Positions 16,422 to 26,201 of a DNA stretch of 45,125 bases are shown piece by piece. Every line of letters begins with the position of its first letter. Position 1 is the first letter of the stretch. The position numbers were made by a program, and so were the translations under genes. The notes beneath the pieces were generated by a model, which worked only from the letters and a program-made list of their open reading frames with translations, had not been told where the DNA came from and did not search any database. The DNA is from a bacterium (GTDB lineage: Bacteria; JAMCPX01), in contig JBMFUY010000003.1 in NCBI GenBank assembly GCA_049966275.1, forward strand, positions 1-45,125, written 5' to 3'.

Positions 16422-19061
16422 TTATCTTACTATAAAGTGATACCAGTTATGCGCAATATTATTACCGTTTGCATCTGTTACATCCATATAAAGGGTGTAA
16501 TGCTGATCAGATGTACATGTACCTGATGGCGTAAAAGTGATCGTTGTTATAAGATTCGCGCTATCATCGGGTATGGTAACAGGTATCTGGTTTTGTACGA
16601 GCGTTGAGAGCGTAACCTGAGTACCAATGGTCACTGTTGTAAGCACAGGCATGTTTTGTTGAAGTTGTTGCAAAGTATCCTTGCTGATATAACCATCATT
16701 CAGCCCACTGGCATCCCCGGTTATATAGGTTGAATCTGTCTGCTGAGCAAGATGGTATGAAAGTGTTCCATCTATATTTTTATAGAGATCGTTTACAATG
16801 AATACTGGCAGAGTGATGGTCTCACCACATGTGTATATATTGTATCCGTGTTTAACTGCAACCATGATGGGTTGATCAACCATGGAGATCCAGTTGTATG
16901 CAATAAGCGGTGTTCTATTCCAGTCTACAATACCCCATGCCATTGAGGGCCACCAATCATTAAGCATGAAATTGAATTCAGAGTATGTTGGATTATACTT
17001 ATGGATCCTTGTACTCTCGATAATCTCTTTACTGACGACGGCCTGGTAAAGCTGACTTGCATAAGCCCAGGCAGTAAAATCAGGGTAAGAGGACGGTTTA
17101 CCAATGTAAAGGCTTTCAACAGGCAACTGCAGATCATGGTACTGCCATCTGTATGTTGTTTGACTGGTTTGATCAGCAGGCCAGTAGTTTGAACCAAGCT
17201 CCTGTTCCATGATAGGCTGGATAGCATAAGGCACTGCCTCTGCACCAAATTCTATAGGGAACGGTATTGGATGTGTATCTATGTCAAAGGCGTTGGATGT
17301 GTACCAGCCATAGTATGTAGTTGAATTATCTCCAATATTTCCACTCTCATGTATAACAATATTATGGGTTATACCAGTGGCTACTGGATAGATGGAATCG
17401 TCAAGAACCTTATTAAAACTATGATCAAGGAAATTCTGTTCAGGGGCTGATCCAAAGGGTATAGGTGTTGGAGGACAGCTATTGGTACTGTTTATGGAAC
17501 CTACAAAGCTATAGAAGGGTTCGTCGTGCAATGTCCACATAAGCACTGATGGATGATTGTAGGTAAGATAAAGGGCTGATGCAAGCATCCTTTTAATAAC
17601 CTCAATATTATTCGTTAAATTCGGATCACCATCAGGTCTTTCAAAATCACACACACTGTACTCCCAGATAAGACTGAAGTTGTAAAAAACACCCATACCA
17701 TCTTTATCTGCCGTATCAAGCAGTAATGCAGGTTCAATATGATCGTGTATATCAAATGCATCCATACCAGCGTCTTTCATAAGCGATATATCCTGCTCAT
17801 ACATGCCCTGCGTAATATGAGACATCCACTCTGTAGGGATATATGTTGTGCCTCTTAAAAAGATCCTCCTGCCATTCAGTGAGAAATACTGATTACCATT
17901 GGTATCTGTATTTAAGGTGAATACCCTTATACCAAACGTTTCATCCTTTATGTCCTGAATTTGATCGTTTGTTGATACCACAAAACTTGCTCTATAAACA
18001 TTGGGCTTTCCGAGTTCAGGATGATCATATAACCACCAGAGTGCTGGTTTATTTATCGTAAACATTAACGTGAAGTGATTGGTACCAGGCTCCAGCCATA
18101 CCACACTATCAAATGATGTGTTGTAGCTTGTTCCAGGCAGGTCAACGTATGTTTGAACAGTGGTTTTTAATACCCGTCCACTTGAGTTTGTGAGAAAATA
18201 ATCTATGTAGATATCAGCGGATGAGTAATCCCTGTTTGGCACAGGTGTTATAAAAACATCATCCCATCTTACATCGTTGTATTCGTATACATAAACAGGT
18301 AGATATATTCCACCTGTACCCATTGATTGTGAGTCCTGTGGTGTTAAGGAATCCCCGGGTCTTGTATCATGGAAATCAAGTATCCCTTTGATCCAGATTT
18401 TCTCTGCAAACTGGGTAATACCCGTGTTGTTGTAAGCCACCTGAAAGGATGGATCGTCTGGATTTAAAACTCTTACAACAAGAACATTGTCTCCTGGTTT
18501 TACAATATTGGAAACATCAAACATAATAGGATCAAAATAGCCCTCATGCTCACCAAGAAGTGTTCCATTAAGCCATACCTTTGCAAAATAGTCTACACCA
18601 TCAAATATTAGAATATTGTGTTGCTGTGCCTGGGTTGTAGTTAATGTAAAATGTGTTCTGTACCACACGGGTCCAAAATAATTCTCAAGTCCTGGAACAT
18701 CCACCTGATAATTATCCGGCACATTAACTGTTAGCCATTGTGTATCATTGTATGCTGGTGAATAAAATGGTGTTGCCTGTGACTCGCCAGTATCATTGGT
18801 ATCTATGGTGAATTTATACAGCCCGGTCAGCATGATCTTCTGACTGGTATTTTCTGAAACATATGAGCCATTGCTGTTTATACTTATTGAGTCTACGCTG
18901 ATAGTTTTAGCATCAATAAGCGGAGCGAATTTAGAATTGGGCATAACCGGAAAAGATGTGTTTATAGCAGGAGGGACACTTTTGATAGAAGGATTTTTAC
19001 TGCACGTCAAAATAAAAAATGGTAATAAAAACAAAACATACAACAGTTTTTTATAAGACAT
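16422..19061 (-). CDS. GH2 family glycoside hydrolase lipoprotein (beta-mannosidase-like)
   Basis: Lipobox FILTC; WYR, FDGVDY..VWLNG..LGEHEGYF, GGI..PV, FGIR, LNG..IFLRG, NHPSV..W..HDEP, IEFG. Confidence 0.85.
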   Translation of the reverse strand: MSYKKLLYVLFLLPFFILTCSKNPSIKSVPPAINTSFPVMPNSKFAPLIDAKTISVDSISINSNGSYVSENTSQKIMLTGLYKFTIDTNDTGESQATPFYSPAYNDTQWLTVNVPDNYQVDVPGLENYFGPVWYRTHFTLTTTQAQQHNILIFDGVDYFAKVWLNGTLLGEHEGYFDPIMFDVSNIVKPGDNVLVVRVLNPDDPSFQVAYNNTGITQFAEKIWIKGILDFHDTRPGDSLTPQDSQSMGTGGIYLPVYVYEYNDVRWDDVFITPVPNRDYSSADIYIDYFLTNSSGRVLKTTVQTYVDLPGTSYNTSFDSVVWLEPGTNHFTLMFTINKPALWWLYDHPELGKPNVYRASFVVSTNDQIQDIKDETFGIRVFTLNTDTNGNQYFSLNGRRIFLRGTTYIPTEWMSHITQGMYEQDISLMKDAGMDAFDIHDHIEPALLLDTADKDGMGVFYNFSLIWEYSVCDFERPDGDPNLTNNIEVIKRMLASALYLTYNHPSVLMWTLHDEPFYSFVGSINSTNSCPPTPIPFGSAPEQNFLDHSFNKVLDDSIYPVATGITHNIVIHESGNIGDNSTTYYGWYTSNAFDIDTHPIPFPIEFGAEAVPYAIQPIMEQELGSNYWPADQTSQTTYRWQYHDLQLPVESLYIGKPSSYPDFTAWAYASQLYQAVVSKEIIESTRIHKYNPTYSEFNFMLNDWWPSMAWGIVDWNRTPLIAYNWISMVDQPIMVAVKHGYNIYTCGETITLPVFIVNDLYKNIDGTLSYHLAQQTDSTYITGDASGLNDGYISKDTLQQLQQNMPVLTTVTIGTQVTLSTLVQNQIPVTIPDDSANLITTITFTPSGTCTSDQHYTLYMDVTDANGNNIAHNWYHFIVR

Positions 19062-19148
19062 AAAATACAGGTAGATCGGTTAAAAAAATATTGCAAGAAA
19101 ATTATTGGCACATTCCCGGGTCAGTACCCTTATGCTCTTAACAATTTG

Positions 19149-19177
19149 TTGACTGATTAAAAAATAGGATATAAGTT
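19149..19177 (+). promoter_or_regulatory. Candidate sigma70 promoter for the DUF4845-like gene and pyr operon
   Basis: TTGACT-17 bp-TAAGTT, 6 nt before ATG 19184. Confidence 0.55.
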
Positions 19178-19183
19178 TTACAT

Positions 19184-19564
19184 ATGCAAAGATATAATGT
19201 TCACAGTGTGGATCAAACAGGTAGTTCAAAGATAACAACATTGATATGGCTGCTTATACTCGCAGGTATTGTTTATATGGGAGTTAAAATTGTGCCGGTT
19301 TATATACGCAATTATCAAATACAGAATCTGTTTGAGGTCAATGCCAATAGAATACAGACAACACCATTGAGTGATATAAAAGCAGATATATCTTCAAAAC
19401 TTACAAATATGCATGCACCCATTACAATGGATGATGTTAATATTACTGATAATGGTTCACATGGAATAATCATATCAGCACAGTATTCTGTAGTTGTTAA
19501 AATTGTTGACGATTGGAAAATAACGTTTAATTTTAATCCAAAAGCAGAAACAAATGTACAATAA
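19184..19564 (+). CDS. DUF4845-like small membrane-anchored (pilin-like N-terminus) protein
   Basis: QTG followed by hydrophobic helix, K.VP.Y..N, C-terminal Y...V......F.F pattern. Confidence 0.6.
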   Translation: MQRYNVHSVDQTGSSKITTLIWLLILAGIVYMGVKIVPVYIRNYQIQNLFEVNANRIQTTPLSDIKADISSKLTNMHAPITMDDVNITDNGSHGIIISAQYSVVVKIVDDWKITFNFNPKAETNVQ

Positions 19565-19571
19565 TGATGCT

Positions 19572-19604
19572 TCCTTTAAGTTAATCCTGAGAGGTTAACA
19601 AGGA
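19572..19604 (+). promoter_or_regulatory. PyrR binding loop (anti-antiterminator RNA)
   Basis: tccttTAAgttAATCCTGAGAGGTTaacaagga matches UUUAA + ARUCCNGNGAGGYU consensus with paired stems. Confidence 0.9.
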
Positions 19605-19632
19605 TGAGCTGGAAAGTGGTTAAGCAGTTTTT

Positions 19633-19668
19633 AAACAGCCTTCCTTAGTAAAGGAAGGCTGTTTTTTT
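19633..19668 (+). terminator. Intrinsic attenuator terminator of the pyr leader
   Basis: aaacagccttcctt-agta-aaggaaggctgttt hairpin with T7 run; 19600-19611 can pair with its 5' arm as antiterminator. Confidence 0.9.
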
Positions 19669-19690
19669 ATTAGGTATAGGAGAGGCTAAC

Positions 19691-20227
19691 ATGAAGAATA
19701 AAATCATGGATGCTGTGGGTATAGAAAGGGCTTTGAAGCGCATTGCCCATGAAATTATAGAAAGGCATGTTTCTGTTCCTGTAAGGCTTGTTGGTATAAG
19801 GACAGCTGGTGTGTTTATAGCCTCACGCCTTGCAGGTTACATAAAAGAGTATGGTAAACTGCCAGTAGAAACAGGAGCACTGGATATAACCCTTTACAGG
19901 GATGATGTTGCCATGAAGATAGGGAAGGCTATTGTTAGATCAACAGAGATAGACTTCCCTGTAGAAGGAGCATACATAATCCTTGTTGACGATGTCCTCT
20001 TCACGGGTCGCACGATCAGGGCTGCAATGGATGCAATAATAGACCTTGGTAGACCGAAGGTTATTCAGCTTGCAGTACTTGTGGATAGAGGGCATAGAGA
20101 ATTTCCTATAAAGGCAGACTTTATAGGTAAAAATGTGCCAACAGCAGAGGATGATCAGATAAAGGTTGTGTTAAAAGAAGGTGATAGTAATGAGGACGCA
20201 GTGTTTTTAATAAAGAAAGGAGGTTAG
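19691..20227 (+). CDS. pyrR: Pyrimidine operon attenuation protein / UPRTase PyrR
   Basis: RIAHEI.E, LDITLYRDD, LVDDVLFTGRTIRAA, VDRGHRE.PI. Confidence 0.95.
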   Translation: MKNKIMDAVGIERALKRIAHEIIERHVSVPVRLVGIRTAGVFIASRLAGYIKEYGKLPVETGALDITLYRDDVAMKIGKAIVRSTEIDFPVEGAYIILVDDVLFTGRTIRAAMDAIIDLGRPKVIQLAVLVDRGHREFPIKADFIGKNVPTAEDDQIKVVLKEGDSNEDAVFLIKKGG

Positions 20228-20229
20228 AC

Positions 20230-21168
20230 ATGGAATTTGAAAAGGGTATCATAGGATTAAAATATCTGAGTAAAAGTCAGATAGAACGGATTGTTGAAAC
20301 AGCCTTTTCCATGAGGGATATATCAAAAAGACCTATTAAAAAGGTCCCGACTTTGAGAGGTAAGACGGTTGTAAATCTGTTTTTTGAATCAAGCACAAGA
20401 ACGAAAACATCCTTTGAGATAGCAGCAAAAAGGCTATCTGCTGATGTGGTAAATTTCTCGTATACATCAAGCAGCATTTCCAAGGGAGAGACAACCATAG
20501 ACACAGCAAAAAATATTGAGGCTATGAACCCGGACGTATTTGTTATAAGGCATTCTTCTTCAGGTGTTATGGAATTATTATCAAGGCACCTTAAAACACC
20601 CATAATCAATGCAGGTGATGGCACAAATGAGCATCCAACTCAGGGCTTGCTGGACATTATGACTATCATGGAAGAGAAGAAACATATAGATGGGTTAAAG
20701 ATTGTTATTGCTGGTGATATTTATCATTCAAGGGTTGCACGTTCAGATATCTATGGCATGGGTAAGCTTGGGGCAAAGATTTATTTTTTCTCGCCGCCAA
20801 CACTGATCACACAGGATTATGCAAGCCTTGGTGCAAGTGTTACGTATGATTTTAAAGAGGCATTTACTGATGCTGATGTGATCATCATGCTCAGGATCCA
20901 GCTTGAAAGACAGACCACAGGGCTTTTCCCATCAACAAGAGAATACTCACGTATATTTGGGTTGAATGAACAGAAATTAAGGCTTGCAAAGCCTGATGTC
21001 ATTGTTATGCACCCGGGTCCTATAAACAGGGGGCTTGAGCTTTCAAGCAGTGTTGCAAATAGTGAAGAACATTCAAGGATATTAAAACAGGTTGAAAATG
21101 GCGTTGCCATTAGAATGTCTGCAATATTTCATACAATAGGAGAGGGACATGAATATACTGATAATTAA
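20230..21168 (+). CDS. pyrB: Aspartate carbamoyltransferase catalytic subunit
   Basis: FFESSTRT, NAGDG.NEHPTQ, LRIQLER, MHPGP. Confidence 0.97.
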   Translation: MEFEKGIIGLKYLSKSQIERIVETAFSMRDISKRPIKKVPTLRGKTVVNLFFESSTRTKTSFEIAAKRLSADVVNFSYTSSSISKGETTIDTAKNIEAMNPDVFVIRHSSSGVMELLSRHLKTPIINAGDGTNEHPTQGLLDIMTIMEEKKHIDGLKIVIAGDIYHSRVARSDIYGMGKLGAKIYFFSPPTLITQDYASLGASVTYDFKEAFTDADVIIMLRIQLERQTTGLFPSTREYSRIFGLNEQKLRLAKPDVIVMHPGPINRGLELSSSVANSEEHSRILKQVENGVAIRMSAIFHTIGEGHEYTDN

Positions 21169-22462
21169 CGGATTAATAATTGATCCATCTCAGGATATTG
21201 AACGGATTGGTTCTTTAGTAATAGAGGATGGAATTGTAAAGGGTTTTGCAGAGCCAGGCTCTTATACTGTAAATGGTAATACAGCAACGATAAAGGATAG
21301 GACATACACAGTGATAGATGCAAAAGACAGGTGGGTTGTGCCAGGGCTGATCGATATGCATGTTCACCTTAGGGATCCGGGGTATGAGTACAAGGAGGAT
21401 ATTATAACAGGTACAAGGGCAGCCATGATTGGCGGATTTACATCTGTATGTGCCATGCCAAATACCAGACCTGTAAATGACAATAAGGCAATAACACACT
21501 ACATGATCTCAAAGGCAAAAGAAAATGGATATGCAAACCTGTTCCCCATTGGTGCTGTTTCAAAAGGAAGTGAAGGTGTAGAACTTGCTGAGATCTACGA
21601 TCTTGTGGAAGCAGGTGCTGTTGCCATCTCGGATGATGGTATGCCGGTTGCAACAGCAGGGCTGTTAAGAAAGGCGCTGTTGTATGTGAAGCCCATAGGT
21701 ATACCTGTTATAGATCATCCTGAGGAATTATCATTGAGTAAAACCGGTTATATGAACGAAGGTATTACATCAGTAAAGCTTGGTATCAATGGAATTCCAC
21801 AGAGTGCAGAGAGTGTTGCGGTTGCAAGGGATATCATAATTGCCGGTGAAACAGGCTCAAGGCTCCATCTTGCTCATATAAGTACAGGGTATTCTGTGGA
21901 GCTCGTAAGATGGGCAAAAAGGATGGGCATACCAATAACATGTGAGGTTACAACCCATCACTTCTCTTTAAATGAGGAGGCTGTTAATGGTTATAATACG
22001 GATGCAAAATTGAACCCTCCACTTAGATCTGAAAAGGATAGGCAGGCAATACTTGAGGCTATTGCAGACGGGACAGTGGATTGTATTGTTACTGATCACG
22101 CACCACACAGCTATGATGAAAAAGAGATAGAGTTTGATAAAGCGTTAAATGGGATTTCCGGGCTTGAAACATCTTTAGGACTTTCATTGAAGCTTGTTCA
22201 TGATAAGGTGATTGATAAAAAACAACTTGTTAATCTTATGTCATGTAATCCAGCCAGGATATTAAACCTTAAAAATAAAGGGACGTTAAAGCCAGGTACA
22301 GATGCAGACATTACGATCATTGATCCAGAGGTGAAATGGGTTGTTGATAAAAACAGTTTCGTTTCAAAGGGTAAAAACACTCCATACCACGGAAAAGAAC
22401 TAAGGGGTAGGGCAGTGATGACAATTTTAGGAGGAAAAATACATGGCAACACTCGTGCTTGA
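21149..22462 (+). CDS. pyrC: Dihydroorotase
   Basis: DMHVHLRDPG, MPNT, K.NPPLR, TDHAPH, SKGKNTP. Confidence 0.95.
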   Translation: MNILIINGLIIDPSQDIERIGSLVIEDGIVKGFAEPGSYTVNGNTATIKDRTYTVIDAKDRWVVPGLIDMHVHLRDPGYEYKEDIITGTRAAMIGGFTSVCAMPNTRPVNDNKAITHYMISKAKENGYANLFPIGAVSKGSEGVELAEIYDLVEAGAVAISDDGMPVATAGLLRKALLYVKPIGIPVIDHPEELSLSKTGYMNEGITSVKLGINGIPQSAESVAVARDIIIAGETGSRLHLAHISTGYSVELVRWAKRMGIPITCEVTTHHFSLNEEAVNGYNTDAKLNPPLRSEKDRQAILEAIADGTVDCIVTDHAPHSYDEKEIEFDKALNGISGLETSLGLSLKLVHDKVIDKKQLVNLMSCNPARILNLKNKGTLKPGTDADITIIDPEVKWVVDKNSFVSKGKNTPYHGKELRGRAVMTILGGKIHGNTRA

Positions 22463-23561
22463 AGATGGTACAGTATTCAGGGGTAGATCATTTGGATATA
22501 GAGGGGTTGCAGTTGGTGAGGTTGTGTTTAATACATCCATGACAGGTTATCAGGAAGAGCTAACAGATCCCTCTTATTATGGACAGATACTTGTCTCCAC
22601 ATATACACAGATTGGCAATGTTGGCGCAAATCCACAGGATTACGAATCTGATAAAACCTATGTTGGTGGTTTTATTGTAAAAGAATACATGGATCGCCCA
22701 TCAAATTTCAGATCCACAGAAACGCTGGATAGCTTTATGATCAGACACCAGCTGGTTGGTATGTATGATATTGATACAAGGATGCTTGTTAGAAAGATAA
22801 GAATAAAAGGCGCTATGATGGGTATATTATCCTCTTTTGACGAACCTGTTGATCAGCTTAAAGAGCAACTCAGGAAGCACCCGGGACTTGTTGGCAGAGA
22901 CCTTGTTACAGAGATTACAGCGAAAGAACCTTATGATTTTAGAGAATCACTCTGGTCATTAAAAAATGGTTATGTGGAACTGTACGATAAGAACTTTCCA
23001 ATGGTGGCTGTGTATGATTTTGGAGTAAAGAAGAATATCCTGCGTTCACTTGTTTCAGCAGGATTAAGGGTAAGGGTATTTCCATGCACAACACCTGTGG
23101 ATGAATTACTGAAAGACGAGTATAAGGGGGTTGTACTGTCAAATGGACCCGGTGATCCATCTGCATTGACTTATATTGTAGAGAACGCAAAAGAGCTTAT
23201 AAAAAGTAATAAGCCTGTACTTGGTATATGCCTTGGCCATCAAATATTAGGGCTTGCATTGGGAGGGAAGGCTATCAAGTTAAAGTTTGGTCATCATGGT
23301 GCGAATCAATCTGTTCTGAATATGAAAACAAAGGGAGTGGAGATAACGGTTCAGAATCATGGTTTTGCCATTGAACCAGACTCCATCAGTGATAAGGCTT
23401 ATATTACTCACATAAATCTGAACGATAGAACACTTGAAGGTTTTGTTCACAGGGATAAACCCATTATCTCAACCCAGCATCATCCAGAAGCTTCGCCAGG
23501 TCCAAGAGAATCCGGTTATATATTCAAAGAGTTTTCGAGGCTTGTGTATGGAAATAACTGA
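22443..23561 (+). CDS. carA: Carbamoyl-phosphate synthase small subunit
   Basis: GEVVFNTSMTGYQE, SNGPGDP, GICLGHQ, HPEASPGP. Confidence 0.97.
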   Translation: MATLVLEDGTVFRGRSFGYRGVAVGEVVFNTSMTGYQEELTDPSYYGQILVSTYTQIGNVGANPQDYESDKTYVGGFIVKEYMDRPSNFRSTETLDSFMIRHQLVGMYDIDTRMLVRKIRIKGAMMGILSSFDEPVDQLKEQLRKHPGLVGRDLVTEITAKEPYDFRESLWSLKNGYVELYDKNFPMVAVYDFGVKKNILRSLVSAGLRVRVFPCTTPVDELLKDEYKGVVLSNGPGDPSALTYIVENAKELIKSNKPVLGICLGHQILGLALGGKAIKLKFGHHGANQSVLNMKTKGVEITVQNHGFAIEPDSISDKAYITHINLNDRTLEGFVHRDKPIISTQHHPEASPGPRESGYIFKEFSRLVYGNN

Positions 23562-24192
23562 TCAATTAATCAGACAGAGTTTGTTAAGGCTTTCTCAATT
23601 TGCATCAGAGAGGTTTAATCATGCAATGATAGAGGCAAGAAGGTCTTTTGATACACTTATTCCCATACCTCCTGCAGATGATACAGAGATGCGCACAAGG
23701 CTTATAATGTTTACCCATTGGTTTCTTATGGACAATAATGTTGAGTCAGGAGCCACTCCAGCGGATATCTTTTTTAAAGAGAACCTTTTGAAACTATCCT
23801 ATCAGGAAGAGGCAATATACAGGGCTTTGCGCATAAGTAGAGTAAGTATATACTCTGTTTCAAAAAAGCAAAACCAATATACAGCAATAGATCTATCTGA
23901 TGGCGAACACTTTAGATTTAAAATGGATGAGGAATTTAGGTTGCCATCAGAGAATGAGGTTATGACAATGCGATTCATAAATGTAGGGCAGGAGGCATTT
24001 TTATCAGGAATTTATGCAACACATCATTACAGTACAAGGTCATTTATACAAACCCAGCTTATCAGGGTTAACCCCTTTGATAGGATAGCATTTTCCAGAA
24101 AGGTGTTTGAGTTAACTGCACTCAGTATAAAGAGTAAGAAATACAACTGGGTAGAACCAATAAAGATTTATGAGGGTGTAACAAAATTATGA
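23548..24192 (+). CDS. Hypothetical protein
   Basis: ATG 23548 overlaps the carA end, ATGA-coupled to the next gene; WF..D...G.TP pattern, no family confidently assigned. Confidence 0.7.
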   Translation: MEITDQLIRQSLLRLSQFASERFNHAMIEARRSFDTLIPIPPADDTEMRTRLIMFTHWFLMDNNVESGATPADIFFKENLLKLSYQEEAIYRALRISRVSIYSVSKKQNQYTAIDLSDGEHFRFKMDEEFRLPSENEVMTMRFINVGQEAFLSGIYATHHYSTRSFIQTQLIRVNPFDRIAFSRKVFELTALSIKSKKYNWVEPIKIYEGVTKL

Positions 24193-25142
24193 TAATGGAA
24201 TGGCAGCAAAGCATTGAACGCCCTACAACATACCCTTCATATATAAGGTTACTCCATAATGGCGAGTTGTTGAGGCGTATTGAGGCATCCAGAAAATACC
24301 TGTCTCCATGCACTGTTTGTCCAAGGAATTGCAGAGCCAACAGACTTGAAGGTCAAAAAGGTATATGCCTTGCAGGTAGGGATGTAAGGGTTTCAAGCTA
24401 TAATCTTCACTTTGGTGAGGAGCCACCAATATCCGGAATAAATGGTTCTGGCACCATATTTTTTACAGGATGCAGTCTGAAGTGCAGATTCTGTCAGAAT
24501 TATCCCATCAGCCAGCTTAATCATGGTAATAGTTACACAACAGCACAGCTCGCTGGAATGATGCTGGAGCTACAAACACAGGGGGCTCATAATATCAACC
24601 TTGTTACACCAACCCACTTTGTTCCACATATCATAGAGGCTGTTTATATAGCAGCTCAAAAAGGACTTAACATACCACTGGTTTACAATACTGGAGGCTA
24701 TGATTCAATCGACATGTTAAAGCTACTGGATGGTATTATTGATATCTATATGCCGGATATAAAGTATGCTTCCAATGAACATGCATTTAAATACTCTACT
24801 GTAAGAAATTATGTAGAGATAAACAGGCAGGCTCTTTTAGAGATGCACAGGCAGGTTGGAGAGCTTACGTTTGATAACAATGGTATTGCGATCAGGGGGC
24901 TTATTGTGAGACATCTTATACTTCCACACGATATAGCTCAGACCTGTGAAGCAATGTCGTTTATAGCTAAAGATTTGTCATCAAAAACTTATATAAGTCT
25001 GATGAGTCAATACTTTCCCGCACATAATGCGTATAAATTCAAGGAGTTATCCAGGCGAATAACAAAGGCAGAGTACAACAGAGCAATAGAGTGTCTTAAG
25101 ATAAACGGATTGGAGAATGGATGGATACAGGAATGGGACTGA
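24189..25142 (+). CDS. Radical SAM protein, PflX-like
   Basis: C.VCPR.C, HFGEEP.ISG..GSGTIFF, CSLKCRFCQN (CxxxCxxC), NLVTPTH, M.QY.P. Confidence 0.88.
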   Translation: MIMEWQQSIERPTTYPSYIRLLHNGELLRRIEASRKYLSPCTVCPRNCRANRLEGQKGICLAGRDVRVSSYNLHFGEEPPISGINGSGTIFFTGCSLKCRFCQNYPISQLNHGNSYTTAQLAGMMLELQTQGAHNINLVTPTHFVPHIIEAVYIAAQKGLNIPLVYNTGGYDSIDMLKLLDGIIDIYMPDIKYASNEHAFKYSTVRNYVEINRQALLEMHRQVGELTFDNNGIAIRGLIVRHLILPHDIAQTCEAMSFIAKDLSSKTYISLMSQYFPAHNAYKFKELSRRITKAEYNRAIECLKINGLENGWIQEWD

Positions 25143-25172
25143 AGGTAAACTTGAAAGATTTTAACAACTAAC

Positions 25173-26201
25173 ATGAACACGAACAAAAAAAATTTTAATA
25201 TAAAAGAGTATATCGAGAGCTTAATAAACCATATTATTCAAGGCGATTCTATAGAAGTAATGAAAAAGATTCCAGATAACAGTGTTGATGTAACCTTTGC
25301 TGATCCTCCGTTTAATTTAAAGAAAAAATATAACAGTTACAAAGATAAATACGCAGTAGAAGATTATCTCTTGTGGTGTAAACAGTGGCTGCATGAAATG
25401 GTTCGTATCACAAAGCCTACAGGAGCAATCTTTGTTCACAATATTCCTAAATGGCTTATCCATTTTGGTTCTTATTTAAATGAGGTGGCAATCTTTCGTC
25501 ATTGGATTGCATGGGATGCAATGGGATCGCCGCCTGGTAAAACGCTTCTACCAAATCATTACGGGATCCTATACTATGTGAAATCTGATAAGTTCAAGTT
25601 TTATGACATCAGAATGATGCATAAACGCTGTAGAAAGTGTCATTACATCTTACAGGACTATGGTGGCAAGAAGAACCAGTTACACCCGTTTGGACCACTT
25701 ATATCAGATGTCTGGACAGATATTCATAGAATAAGGCACAAAAAGAGGAGAGATGAGCATCCGTGTCAATTGCCCATACATTTACTTGAGAGGTTATTGC
25801 TTATGACGACTGATGAGGGGGATATTGTGCTTGATCCCTTTATTGGTACAGGAACCACAGCAATTGCAGCAAAAAGACTTGGGAGAAAATTTATAGGTAT
25901 TGATATTGATCCAAAGTATGTTGAAATAACACAAAAAAAATTAGAAACAGAAGAACCAACCATTATAAATGGATGCTATGTTAGCATGTTTCTTGATAAT
26001 GTTATCACTATACGGGATAAAGACTGGGAACAAATAAAGGGTGCTTACTTTATACCTGAAGAGCCAAAAGAATTGGAAAGGGAAGGAATTGTTTTGTTAC
26101 AAAAAAAGAAAAAAACAAACAATTACACATCTTACAATAGTGTTCAACACGACTTATTCATGCTTTTTGATAAGAAAAAAGGATACAGAATGGGGGGATA
26201 A
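25173..26201 (+). CDS. Orphan beta-class amino (N4-C/N6-A) DNA methyltransferase, M.BamHI-like
   Basis: Motif IV DPPF N-terminal, motif [10 protein letters not shown]-terminal; NIPKW, FRHWI, CxxC...DYGG, SDVW.DI. Confidence 0.88.
   Translation: MNTNKKNFNIKEYIESLINHIIQGDSIEVMKKIPDNSVDVTFADPPFNLKKKYNSYKDKYAVEDYLLWCKQWLHEMVRITKPTGAIFVHNIPKWLIHFGSYLNEVAIFRHWIAWDAMGSPPGKTLLPNHYGILYYVKSDKFKFYDIRMMHKRCRKCHYILQDYGGKKNQLHPFGPLISDVWTDIHRIRHKKRRDEHPCQLPIHLLERLLLMTTDEGDIVLDPFIGTGTTAIAAKRLGRKFIGIDIDPKYVEITQKKLETEEPTIINGCYVSMFLDNVITIRDKDWEQIKGAYFIPEEPKELEREGIVLLQKKKKTNNYTSYNSVQHDLFMLFDKKKGYRMGG

Noticed and set aside
26101-26116. Poly-A tract as a phase-variation switch in the MTase
   Set aside because: Runs are only about 7 nt, interrupted, and downstream of all catalytic motifs in an AT-rich genome.
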